From a virus (taxonomy: Duplodnaviria > Heunggongvirae > Uroviricota > Caudoviricetes): a DNA stretch of 64,000 nt. The position numbers and the translations under genes are program-made. The notes under the pieces were generated by a model. The model did no database searches. It had not been told where the DNA came from and saw only the letters and a list, made by a program, of their open reading frames with translations. This document shows positions 1 to 8,551 of the stretch, piece by piece; within the stretch, counting starts at the first letter, position 1; each line of letters begins with the position of its first letter. Location: the IMG/VR virus record IMGVR_UViG_2778261268_000002, one strand, 5' to 3'.

Positions 1-286
1 ACTCATCACTTACCGAAGAACAAATCACACCAATGCAGCGATCAACGCCTTCTCGTTCTTCAGTGCTGAAAAAATCCTCTTCGGTAAGAACATGAGTGCA
101 TTGCTCATCAGCATAGGTCGGAAATACATGCTCGATGCAATCCGGGTGTTTTAAACCAAGCTGATTGGCAAGCTCGAAAGCATGACGGTATTGTTCAGAT
201 CCTGGCTTGCCAACAGTGATTTGCTCAATTTTGTAGATTGAAGTCGCTTTGTTGATAGTTTGCTTTACTGTTACTTTATCAGACAT
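1..286 (-). CDS. hypothetical protein, truncated by window edge
   Basis: ATG at about 284-286 on the minus strand opens a frame (MSDKVTVKQTINKATSIYKIEQ...) that runs off the window start; absent from ORF track because it has no stop in the window. Confidence 0.4.
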   Translation of the reverse strand, partial: MSDKVTVKQTINKATSIYKIEQITVGKPGSEQYRHAFELANQLGLKHPDCIEHVFPTYADEQCTHVLTEEDFFSTEEREGVDRCIGVICSSVSDE

Positions 287-297
287 AAAAATCCCTT

Positions 298-630
298 TTA
301 GTTACCGCTGATAGCGCGGTTGTAATCATTAACGTTGCGATTCTTCCTGTTAATCCCCATCAGCATCGTTTCTGTATCAAGGATATACGCTGGCAGATCA
401 TCAAAATATTCACTGCTAAACTCTGGCATCCTGCACATAAACGCACTTTTGGGGGCAGGGTGGTTAACCTTTGTCGGCGTCGGCGTTAAATTCGCTGATC
501 GACTCCCGGAGCAACCGCTGAGTGTCAGCAGGAATACGCTGGCGAACATTACCCGCCGCAACCAGTTGTTTCTGAACTTCAGCTTTTCGTTCCATTTGCC
601 TGTCAGCATACTTGGCTTGTTCTGATTCAT
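298..630 (-). CDS. putative o-spanin-like outer-membrane lipoprotein (Rz1-like), overlapping the upstream gene in another frame
   Basis: Signal peptide plus lipobox (FLLTLSGC), Pro-rich mature region; starts inside the 464-886 gene in a different frame; true start probably the internal Met near 552. Confidence 0.5.
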   Translation of the reverse strand: MNQNKPSMLTGKWNEKLKFRNNWLRRVMFASVFLLTLSGCSGSRSANLTPTPTKVNHPAPKSAFMCRMPEFSSEYFDDLPAYILDTETMLMGINRKNRNVNDYNRAISGN

Positions 631-886
631 TTTTCACTTCCTGGCTGTGAAAATGTTGCTCTGCTTTGTTCATCGTCTCAATGGTCTGGTTAAGATCCTT
701 TATTGACTTATCACGTTCCTTAACAGCCTGATCAAGACTGCCAATTTTCTCGATGGCTTGCTTTAGCTGATGACGTTCCCATACAAACCCAGCACCAACA
801 AGTGCGCAAATCAGAACAAGAACACCAGTAGCAGCAAGTTTCTCCTTCAAAGACAAAGCTGTTTTTAACGTAGAAAAGAATGACAT
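464..886 (-). CDS. putative i-spanin-like inner-membrane protein (Rz-like)
   Basis: AGGAGG RBS then ATG (MSFFSTLK...); one N-terminal TM helix followed by a charged coiled-coil periplasmic domain; architecture of lambda Rz. Confidence 0.5.
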   Translation of the reverse strand: MSFFSTLKTALSLKEKLAATGVLVLICALVGAGFVWERHQLKQAIEKIGSLDQAVKERDKSIKDLNQTIETMNKAEQHFHSQEVKNESEQAKYADRQMERKAEVQKQLVAAGNVRQRIPADTQRLLRESISEFNADADKG

Positions 887-925
887 GTCTTCCTCCTGAA
901 GAAAAATTATCAATGAAGTCCTTTG

Positions 926-1714
926 TTACTGTGCCGCTTTGTTTAATTCATCAAGAACAGAATCAGGAACCAAAGCGGCAACTGCGCTGGCTGTGCTGGC
1001 CTTATTTGCTGATGCTTCCGCAAGCGCGGTACCGATAGCATGGTTATAAGCAGTTATGGCTACGTTGGCGCTTTCATTCGCTCGTTCATACTGCTGTTGT
1101 AACGCAGTTGTGGGCGCTGTTGTCTGGTTGAAAACAACCCCAAACTGTTCAGTTGCTACTTTCAGAGATTCAATTTGCTCTTCTGTTAGTGTTGGTGGGG
1201 GAGTGGCAGTGCCGCCGCCTGAACCAGAGCCTGACGAGCTTACTGAGCCAGTGTTAAGGGTCTGGTTAATCTCCCCCATAGCAGCGACTAAACTTGATGT
1301 ATTAAGCGCGTTAACAGCGTCCTCAAGCGATTTAGTAATATTCACATCACCAATGGCAATAGAGATCGGCAGTTCTGAAACTTCTCGCTCATTAGCACGG
1401 CAGTAAACATCCCAACCAATATCGAGTTGAAGCAGCATTGACAGATCTGCATAACCAGCCAACAGGTCCGCGTGCTTAGTTGCCAGTTCTCCAATGTTCG
1501 TTAAGCCGGTTGTAGTTGTTCTGATCGTTGAAACATAACTGGTAATAGTGTCGGGATAGACAATTGTATCCAGAATTAATCCGGTCAATTCTTCTGCAAG
1601 CAGTTTTGCTGTGTTAGCACTGTTTCGTGCCGATGTTATGGCACCAGGTGTTTTCATCCCACCAGCGGCGGCCAATTTTTTATATGCGGATAACTGGTAG
1701 TCTTTTTCCAGCAT
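926..1714 (-). CDS. hypothetical protein (Ala/Thr/Ser-rich, Gly-Ser linker)
   Basis: ORF track 926..1771; start moved to the Met preceded by AGGAG (MLEKDYQLSAYKK...); no recognisable catalytic motif. Confidence 0.5.
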   Translation of the reverse strand: MLEKDYQLSAYKKLAAAGGMKTPGAITSARNSANTAKLLAEELTGLILDTIVYPDTITSYVSTIRTTTTGLTNIGELATKHADLLAGYADLSMLLQLDIGWDVYCRANEREVSELPISIAIGDVNITKSLEDAVNALNTSSLVAAMGEINQTLNTGSVSSSGSGSGGGTATPPPTLTEEQIESLKVATEQFGVVFNQTTAPTTALQQQYERANESANVAITAYNHAIGTALAEASANKASTASAVAALVPDSVLDELNKAAQ

Positions 1715-1722
1715 GATATCTC

Positions 1723-2007
1723 CTAACTTACCTGAACCAGGCCGTCTCCGGACGCTACGGTAGATCCGCATGAAACAGGGTCACCAACGCATACGATCCC
1801 TTTACCATTGACGGTAAACCATGCCCTGGTTGATATAGCTTGCCCACCGTGCGTACTGTTTCCATCGGTATGCTGTGCATATTGCTTACCATCAACTAAC
1901 ACTTCGACTCCGTTGACTTTAAGTAGTGGTTCACTCTCTACAGGAGGCCTGGATGGGAATCCTCCGTGCCCCGAACAAATGCTGTCTTTTGTTGCAATAC
2001 TTGCCAC
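1723..2007 (-). CDS. PAAR-like small protein
   Basis: 94 aa with the Gly/Cys/His-rich beta pattern of PAAR spike-tip proteins (CSGHGG..., VNGK..VCVGDPVSCG). Confidence 0.45.
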   Translation of the reverse strand: MASIATKDSICSGHGGFPSRPPVESEPLLKVNGVEVLVDGKQYAQHTDGNSTHGGQAISTRAWFTVNGKGIVCVGDPVSCGSTVASGDGLVQVS

Positions 2008-2088
2008 GTCATCACCAATTATTTGCTCTGATTTTCGTTATTTTAACTCAGGTTGTTTGTGGTCTACATGGCGTTTACCTATTATAAA

Positions 2089-2105
2089 ATTGCTCTAATA
2101 AATAT
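2089..2105 (+). promoter_or_regulatory. C1 operator box
   Basis: ATTGCTCTAATAAATAT. Confidence 0.65.
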
Positions 2106-2176
2106 TGTTTTTTATGTCGTATTTTCGGTACCATTCAGCCATCGCCCTTCAATGGGCATTTGTTTGGAGTCGTCAG

Positions 2177-2461
2177 ATGCAGATGGAGCTAATAAGCCGC
2201 AAAGAGTTCGATAGCCGTGTAACCAGCGGTGAACTCGACAACTTGCAGGCTATCAAGGTGAAAGAAGGCTTTTGCCTCATTGGGAATCAGAGCGGAACAA
2301 ATCGCGTTTTTATGCTTCGCCGTACGGATTTGAAGCCATTTGTCTGGAAGAACGAAATTGGTCCCAGCTCATACGCTCAAACGAGGGGGGGCCACAACCT
2401 GGCCTTTTTCTACAAAGACGAGCTTTCTGTGGTTGATATTCAAGGGTTACAACATGTTTAA
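2177..2461 (+). CDS. hypothetical small protein upstream of the rdgC homolog
   Basis: ORF 2105..2461; internal Met with GGAG spacing chosen as start; a C1 operator box lies just upstream. Confidence 0.4.
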   Translation: MQMELISRKEFDSRVTSGELDNLQAIKVKEGFCLIGNQSGTNRVFMLRRTDLKPFVWKNEIGPSSYAQTRGGHNLAFFYKDELSVVDIQGLQHV

Positions 2462-3359
2462 GCACTGGAAAAACATTACTATTTATAAACTTTCTCGTGA
2501 GGCGGATCTGACCGACTTAGAAGATAAAAAGAAAATGATCCTTTTCACGCCATGCGGTAGTCAGGATATGGCCAAGTTCGGTTTTGTATCTCCATTTGGT
2601 GATAATTCCGAAGTTATCGCTATGCATGGAAATGGTTTTATCCTTGTTGAAGCAAAGCGCGAAACAAAAATTCTTCCCCCGCCGGTTATCCAGCGAGCTA
2701 TTCAAGAAAAAATTGAAAAACTTGAGCAAGAACAAGCGCGTAAACTGAAGAAAACAGAGAAGGACTCCCTGAAAGACGAAGTTCTGCATTCTCTTCTGCC
2801 ACGAGCTTTTTCAAAGTTTTCTGTTATCCAGGCGATCTACGACGGTTCAACTAAACGTATCTATATCAATGCCAGCGCGCGGCAGGCAGAGGATATGCTC
2901 GCGCTTATGCGTAAGTCTCTGGGTTCTCTTCCTGTTGTTCCCCTGAGTGTTGAAAATCCCATTGAATTAACGCTGACCGACTGGGTACGTGATGCTCGTG
3001 CTCCACAGGGATTTCAAATGGGGGATGCGGCAGAACTTAAGGCAGTGCTTGAGGATGGCGGTATCGCCCGAGTGAAAAAGCAGGATTTGGGAAGCGATGA
3101 AATTTCCACACACCTGGAAGCTGGCAAGCTCGTCACAAAGTTGGCACTCGACTGGCAGAACCGCATTAAATTTACACTGGACCATAACTTCAGCCTTACC
3201 AGCGTCAAATTTGCGGATGAATTGCTTGAGCAGAACTCTGATATTGATAGTGAAGATGTAGCGCAGCGACTGGACGCAGATTTCTTCCTGTTAACCAGTG
3301 AAATTTCGTGCCTGGTTGATGCTCTGGTAAATGCCCTGGGCGGAGAGGCTAAGCAGTGA
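2454..3359 (+). CDS. hrdC: recombination-associated protein RdgC homolog
   Basis: N-terminus ([16 protein letters not shown]...[19 protein letters not shown]) closely resembles E. coli RdgC; start ATG at 2454 in frame with ORF 2340..3359. Confidence 0.85.
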   Translation: MFKHWKNITIYKLSREADLTDLEDKKKMILFTPCGSQDMAKFGFVSPFGDNSEVIAMHGNGFILVEAKRETKILPPPVIQRAIQEKIEKLEQEQARKLKKTEKDSLKDEVLHSLLPRAFSKFSVIQAIYDGSTKRIYINASARQAEDMLALMRKSLGSLPVVPLSVENPIELTLTDWVRDARAPQGFQMGDAAELKAVLEDGGIARVKKQDLGSDEISTHLEAGKLVTKLALDWQNRIKFTLDHNFSLTSVKFADELLEQNSDIDSEDVAQRLDADFFLLTSEISCLVDALVNALGGEAKQ

Positions 3360-5374
3360 GAGAGCTGTGCTATGGATCTGTTTGCAGTGGAATTGAAGCC
3401 GCGAGCATTGCCTGGGAACCGTTGGGTATGCGTCCGGCGTGGTTTGCTGAGATCGAGCCTTTTCCATCTGCCGTTCTTGCGCACCGCTGGCCCCATGTCG
3501 CCAACCTTGGCGACATGACAAAACTCGCCCAAAAAGTCCAGGCAGGAGAAATTGAAGCCCCTGATATGCTCGTCGGGGGTACGCCTTGTCAGGCATTCAG
3601 TATCGCGGGCTTACGTGGTGGGCTTGATGATGAGCGCGGCGCGCTAACTTTGAAGTATGTGGAGCTTGCAAATGCAATTGACGACAAACGGGCTGAGTCC
3701 TTCCTCAAACCAGCAGTTATCGTCTGGGAAAATGTCCCAGGAGTCCTGTCATCAGCAGATAACGCGTTCGGATGTTTCCTTGCCGGATTGGCTGGAGAAG
3801 ATGCGCCATTCGAACCTGGTGATCGACCTGAATCACGAAAAAGTAATACGTTCTGGCGGTGGGATGTCAAAACCGGTTGCCATGCTCCAAAGTGGCCGCA
3901 GTGTGGTTGTATTTATGGACCGCAGCGAAAAGTGGCCTGGAGAATCCTTGATGCCCAATACTTCGGAGTGGCACAACGACGCCGACGCGTGTTTGTTGTC
4001 GCAAGTGCTCGAACAGACCTCGATCCCGCAACGGTACTTTTTGAGTTCGAAGGCGTGCGCCGGAATATTGCGCCGAGCAGAGGCGAGGGGAAGGAAACTA
4101 CCAGATATACTTCAAACATCGCTATCAGAACTTGCGATGATACAAACATAATTGCCATGGCACATGGGCAAGGAGGGGCTGAGATAAAAACCGATAATTC
4201 GGCACCAACTTTGACATGTAACCATGAAGCACCAATTGTATTGCTCGGCGACGGTAGAATGCGCCGTCTTACCCCTGTCGAATGTGAAAGGCTGCAAGGT
4301 TTTCCTGATGGGCATACGTTGATCCCGACGGAAAAGCGTAAAAAAGTTAATTCAGATGAACTGGCATATCTTCGCAATCACTATCCAGATTTAAGCGAAG
4401 AAGAGGTCGCGATGCTTGCAGCTGACGGACCGCGTTACAAAGCGATCGGCAATAGTATGGCAATACCAGTAATGTGCTGGATTGGAGATCGGATTACTAA
4501 GGCCGTATGTCGGCAGAAAGAAGGAAGTGAAACAAAAGAGCGAAAAGTTAAACCAGCGGCAGAATTCGAACGGTCCATATTCAAATGGGCTGGTGGAAAA
4601 TTTGGTGTTCTGGAACAAATCTTTCACTATTTGCCAGAAGGGAAGCGCCTGATTGAACCTTTCGTTGGTGGCGGAGCTGTCTTCATGAATGCCGGATACC
4701 AGGAAAATCTGCTAAATGATGTGAATGCTGACCTGATTAACTTTTACAAGACTCTGCAACGCGAGGCGCATTCACTTATCACTCTGGCACATCGTTTCTT
4801 CCTGGACTACAACACCCAGGAGGGATTCCTGGCAGTACGGAATGCGTTTAACAAACAAGTCTATGATGATTTACATCGCGCAGCGGCGTTTTTGTTCCTG
4901 AACCGACATTGTTTTAATGGATTGACGCGCTACAACCAGGCCGGTGAGTTCAATGTCGGTTATGGGAAGTATAAAACTCCGTATTTCCCATTACAGGAGA
5001 TGGAAGCCTTCCTCGGTGCGGAAGGGCGGTCTGAGTTTGTATGCGGTGATTTTGCAGCAGTGATTGAAGCTGCCGGAGAAGGAGATGTCATCTTTTGCGA
5101 TCCGCCGTATGAACCGCTCCCCAATACAGAGGGGTTTACGAACTATTCCGGTCATGACTTTAAGTTTGAAGAGCAAAAACGCCTGGTGTCTCTGTTGACG
5201 GATGCTCATCGCCGAGGTGCAAAGGTACTCATTACTAACAGTGGCGCGCCAAACGTCAGAGAACTTTATCAGGACAGTGGCTTCAGAGTGGAACCTCTCT
5301 TTGCCAGACGTTCTGTGTCTTGTAAGGGAGACACTCGTGGTGTTGCTCATGACGTTATGGCTATATTGCTCTAA
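3356..5374 (+). CDS. dmt: bifunctional DNA methyltransferase: N-terminal C5-cytosine MTase domain fused to C-terminal Dam-like N6-adenine MTase domain
   Basis: N-terminal half has PCQ ([12 protein letters not shown]) and ENV (VIVWENVPG) motifs; C-terminal half has FKWAGGK and DPPY motifs typical of Dam. Confidence 0.85.
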   Translation: MRELCYGSVCSGIEAASIAWEPLGMRPAWFAEIEPFPSAVLAHRWPHVANLGDMTKLAQKVQAGEIEAPDMLVGGTPCQAFSIAGLRGGLDDERGALTLKYVELANAIDDKRAESFLKPAVIVWENVPGVLSSADNAFGCFLAGLAGEDAPFEPGDRPESRKSNTFWRWDVKTGCHAPKWPQCGCIYGPQRKVAWRILDAQYFGVAQRRRRVFVVASARTDLDPATVLFEFEGVRRNIAPSRGEGKETTRYTSNIAIRTCDDTNIIAMAHGQGGAEIKTDNSAPTLTCNHEAPIVLLGDGRMRRLTPVECERLQGFPDGHTLIPTEKRKKVNSDELAYLRNHYPDLSEEEVAMLAADGPRYKAIGNSMAIPVMCWIGDRITKAVCRQKEGSETKERKVKPAAEFERSIFKWAGGKFGVLEQIFHYLPEGKRLIEPFVGGGAVFMNAGYQENLLNDVNADLINFYKTLQREAHSLITLAHRFFLDYNTQEGFLAVRNAFNKQVYDDLHRAAAFLFLNRHCFNGLTRYNQAGEFNVGYGKYKTPYFPLQEMEAFLGAEGRSEFVCGDFAAVIEAAGEGDVIFCDPPYEPLPNTEGFTNYSGHDFKFEEQKRLVSLLTDAHRRGAKVLITNSGAPNVRELYQDSGFRVEPLFARRSVSCKGDTRGVAHDVMAILL

Positions 5375-5381
5375 TAAATTT
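5365..5381 (+). promoter_or_regulatory. C1 operator box overlapping dmt stop codon
   Basis: ATTGCTCTAATAAATTT (full consensus). Confidence 0.7.
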
Positions 5382-5557
5382 ATTAGTGTAATATCACCTC
5401 AATGAATCGTGATTTATAGAGCGATTTAGCTGTTAGCCGCGACAGGCGCGGCGGCAAGTATGGCGGGGTAGTGACTCCTTCCCCATCATGACGCCGAGTT
5501 GCCAGGTTGACCATACGCCTAAGTGGCAACACCGAAGTGCGTTACGAGCTTCCAGTT

Positions 5558-5587
5558 TGCCCATCTTCGGGTGGGCGTTTTTTTCAG
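5558..5587 (+). terminator. rho-independent terminator downstream of dmt
   Basis: GC-rich hairpin (gcccatcttcgggtgggc) followed by a run of 7 T; coordinates approximate. Confidence 0.5.
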
Positions 5588-6050
5588 GGTTTTCGTCATG
5601 GTTAGCGACTTTGCGGCGGTTTAGAAACTGACCATTAAAGTAAATGCAAACGATGATCTGATGATGGTAGCGGCCTAAGAAGCCAGACGCCACGGGGTAT
5701 GAGTCGTCCCCCGTCAAAAAATCGACCGCAGAGTGTCCCCGTCTGTGTATTAGGGAACGGGGAGGCACAACAGGTAAGGGCGCTGGTTCGATTAACCAGA
5801 TGAGCGAGAAGGGGTCATCTTTTTGGTCAGCGTCCTTACCTGTTACGTCCTTTTTCATTCTGCGTAACAGCAATTGCTTTTAGCAATTTGAAGATAACGT
5901 CCTACTACGGGTGTATCCCGTCATGCTGAAGGCGCTAATCACGCTGGAAGCCAGGGTTGTGCATCCCCTGTTACCGAATTGCAGCCAGGGCGCGGTGCGC
6001 CGAAAAGCATACGGAGGTGGAAGCCCTCGCCGGAGACGTACCCGGCAAGT

Positions 6051-6126
6051 GATGGTGTAGCTCAGCGGTTAGAGCGGTTGACTGTTAATCAACGGGTCGA
6101 TGGTTCAAATCCATCCACCATCGCCA
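6051..6126 (+). tRNA. tRNA-Asn (anticodon GUU)
   Basis: 76-nt cloverleaf: acceptor GATGGTG/CACCATC, D-arm GCTC/GAGC, anticodon loop CTGTTAA, T-loop TTCAAAT, encoded CCA. Confidence 0.85.
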
Positions 6127-6128
6127 AT

Positions 6129-6204
6129 GCCGGTTTAGCTCAGTTGGTAGAGCGCCTGCCTTGTAAGCAGGATGTCAGCGGTTCGAGTCCGTTAACCGGC
6201 ACCA
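6129..6204 (+). tRNA. tRNA-Thr (anticodon UGU)
   Basis: 76-nt cloverleaf 2 nt after tRNA-Asn: acceptor GCCGGTT/AACCGGC, anticodon loop CTTGTAA, T-loop TTCGAGT, encoded CCA. Confidence 0.85.
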
Positions 6205-6767
6205 GCACAACAGGTAAGGGCATTCTCCCTTATAGGGCTTGGCTTAAATGCATCGAGTGCTCTTACCGTTGTGATGAAGTGCAGCTCTTTGAAGCAACCA
6301 GAAGATAAGCATCTGGCTTCACAACATAAACCGCAGGAACGACCAATAAACGGTAGTCCGTATGGAGAACACCCCGTTGAGGAAGAGGCCTGGCCGGAAC
6401 CGTAACCGGCGACTGGTAATGTGTGTAAATGGAGCGAAATATGTGGGCGTTTAACGGGATACGGGTTGTAACAGCGATTATTAACGGCGAACTTAAGTAT
6501 TCACGTTTCGAGACAAATGAACGTGATGGGAAATGTATTGGTGTGCGGTTAGTAAGAGAATACGCATAACAACTACAACGTTGAGAACACTGGCGTAACG
6601 GGGTCATATCCCAATCTATGAATAAATGTTGCGTTGCAGCGTGACAACCAGTGTTCTCAACATTGTGGTGAATGCACAGGCTGATGTGCCGCAACTACAG
6701 TAGTGCGCGCTTTGCGGGGCTTGCTACAACCCTGTGTCGGAGTTCAGCACCGACCATCACAATCACT

Positions 6768-6854
6768 GGAGAGTAGGGAGCATGGTGCTCAAACGGTCTT
6801 GAAAACCGTCCCATTGCGCAAGCGATGATGGTTCGATTCCATTACTCTCCGCCA
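6768..6854 (+). tRNA. tRNA-like element, possibly tRNA-Ser (anticodon UGA) with long variable arm; D-arm non-canonical
   Basis: 87 nt: acceptor GGAGAGT/ACTCTCC, anticodon stem-loop ACGGT-CTTGAAA-ACCGT (same loop as E. coli tRNA-Ser UGA), T-arm GATGG-TTCGATT-CCATT, discriminator G plus CCA; position 8 is A and the D-loop is short. Confidence 0.5.
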
Positions 6855-6888
6855 GTGCAACGTTAAGAGTATTTGGCTAATTAAGCGA

Positions 6889-7101
6889 ATGCCGGAAGCA
6901 GAACCGGATCACCAAATGCGTACAGGCGTCATCGCCGCCCAGCCAGCCAAGTGCTCTTACCATTGCGGTGAATGCGGCTATGCGCACGCGGAACAGTTAA
7001 AACAATCCTCCTTAGTGGTTAAGTCAAACATCCCGGCGTTAATTGTTAACTGGTTAACGTCACCTGGAGGCACCAGGCACCGCAGCTTTTTTATTCGTTA
7101 A
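6889..7101 (+). CDS. hypothetical small protein (uncertain)
   Basis: 70-aa ORF with ATG; contains one copy of the 27-bp repeat family; could be non-coding. Confidence 0.3.
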   Translation: MPEAEPDHQMRTGVIAAQPAKCSYHCGECGYAHAEQLKQSSLVVKSNIPALIVNWLTSPGGTRHRSFFIR

Positions 7102-7117
7102 ATAATGGAGTGAGAGG

Positions 7118-7354
7118 ATGCAGAACAATCCGAACAAATGTCGAACGCTATGGGTGCGGTTATATATTTATGCCGTCCTCTGTTTGATTGTGTCACTGGT
7201 TCTGTATGTTTGGCTTTTGCCAAATATGATCTCATCTAACAGCACAATACTTGTATTGTTGGGAGTCCTTTTCGCGCTCATTTACCCGGCTTTCGCAGTA
7301 GTCTTTTTTCGTGAAAAAACCAGGAAATTAATTAATGAAAAAAACGTTGATTAG
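7118..7354 (+). CDS. small membrane protein (two predicted TM helices)
   Basis: 78 aa, hydrophobic stretches LYIYAVLCLIVSLVLYVWLL and ILVLLGVLFALIYPAFAVVFF. Confidence 0.5.
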   Translation: MQNNPNKCRTLWVRLYIYAVLCLIVSLVLYVWLLPNMISSNSTILVLLGVLFALIYPAFAVVFFREKTRKLINEKNVD

Positions 7355-8162
7355 TGCAGCGATTATTTTGGGTTCTTTATGTCTGACCGGATGCGATCGG
7401 GTAGAGCCAGGTAACGTAGGGATCAAAGTAAATAAGCTGGGGGATGATAAAGGTATCGGTGAAGTAGTTGGTGTTGGTCGCTACTGGACAGGCTTGAATA
7501 CTGAAGTTTATATCTTCCCGACCTTTAAGCAAATGAAGACATACGATGAGCCGTTCAGCTTCCAGATGAGCGACGGAACAACCATTGGTTACCACATCGG
7601 CGTAGCCTACAAGGTTGATCCAGCAAAAGTCACAACGGTATTTCAGACCTATCGCAAAGGTGTAGATGATATTACTGATACCGATCTACGCCAGAAGGTT
7701 GCAGATGCTCTGAACCGGTTAGCCAGCAAAATGACCACCGACAAATTTATCGACGGTGGCAAATCTGAATTGCTTGATGCAGCCCTTAAAGACATTCAGG
7801 AAGAAATGACGCCAATCGGCATTCAGGTGATGAGCCTCTCTTATGTAGGTAAGCCAGAATATCCGCCAACAGTTATTGACAGTATTAACGCCAAAGTTAC
7901 GGCAAACCAAAAAACCCTGCAACGCGAGCAAGAGGTCAAACAACGTGAAGCAGAGGCCAACATGCTGCGCGCGGAAGCTGCCGGACAGGCTGATGCTATT
8001 CGCACAAAAGCCCAGGCCGAAGCTGATGCCATTCGTTTACGTGGTGAAGCTCTGCGCCAGAACCCCGGTGTTATGGAGTTGGAAGCGATCAACAAATGGA
8101 ACGGTACATTACCGCAGTATATGACCAGTAATGCCGCTGTTCCGTTTGTTCCGGTGAAATAA
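7335..8162 (+). CDS. lipoprotein with SPFH/band-7 (prohibitin-like) domain
   Basis: Lipobox LCLTGC after signal peptide; C-terminal Ala/Glu/Gln-rich coiled region typical of HflK/C-type SPFH proteins. Confidence 0.6.
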   Translation: MKKTLISAAIILGSLCLTGCDRVEPGNVGIKVNKLGDDKGIGEVVGVGRYWTGLNTEVYIFPTFKQMKTYDEPFSFQMSDGTTIGYHIGVAYKVDPAKVTTVFQTYRKGVDDITDTDLRQKVADALNRLASKMTTDKFIDGGKSELLDAALKDIQEEMTPIGIQVMSLSYVGKPEYPPTVIDSINAKVTANQKTLQREQEVKQREAEANMLRAEAAGQADAIRTKAQAEADAIRLRGEALRQNPGVMELEAINKWNGTLPQYMTSNAAVPFVPVK

Positions 8163-8189
8163 AAGCGTAAGCAAAATTGGCAGTAATCC

Positions 8190-8265
8190 GGCCCTTTAGC
8201 TCAGTGGTTAGAGCTGGCGACTCATAATCGCACGGTCACCGGTTCAAGTCCGGTAGGGGCCACCA
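8190..8265 (+). tRNA. tRNA with CAU anticodon, most similar to tRNA-Ile2 (lysidine-type, ileX-like)
   Basis: 76 nt, near-identical in outline to E. coli ileX (GGCCC.TTAGCTCAGTGGTTAGAGC...CTCATAATCG...GGTTCAAGTCC...GGGGCCACCA). Confidence 0.8.
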
Positions 8266-8506
8266 TATTTGGTTGTAACACGGCGTCTGGCACATGCGTC
8301 GTTAGCGGTCTGGTGACGTTAAAGGGGTTACCTTTTCCCCTAGCTCAGGCAACAAACCAGGTAGCCGGAATGTGCAAGTCACCGTTGGAGGGATAGCGGA
8401 TACAGGGACTCACCATCCTGGCGATTCGGTGTGACAGCCGGGAAGAGTCCGGCGCATTAATCCTGATTTTCTGGTGATGACTCATATCGTTAGGAGTGAT
8501 TTGAGT

Positions 8507-8551
8507 ATGCCGATTATATCTGACATTCAGCACGCCTGGGTGGAGTGCTAA
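8507..8551 (+). CDS. putative 14-aa leader ORF translationally coupled to ban (TAATG overlap)
   Basis: AGGAG RBS then ATG; MPIISDIQHAWVEC; stop overlaps the ban ATG; coordinates approximate. Confidence 0.3.
   Translation: MPIISDIQHAWVEC

Noticed and set aside
5433-6694. ORFs 5433..5873 (-), 5979..6308 (+) and 6263..6694 (-) from the six-frame track
   Set aside because: They overlap the tRNA genes or lie in the structured intergenic region, lack RBS and have odd composition; treated as spurious
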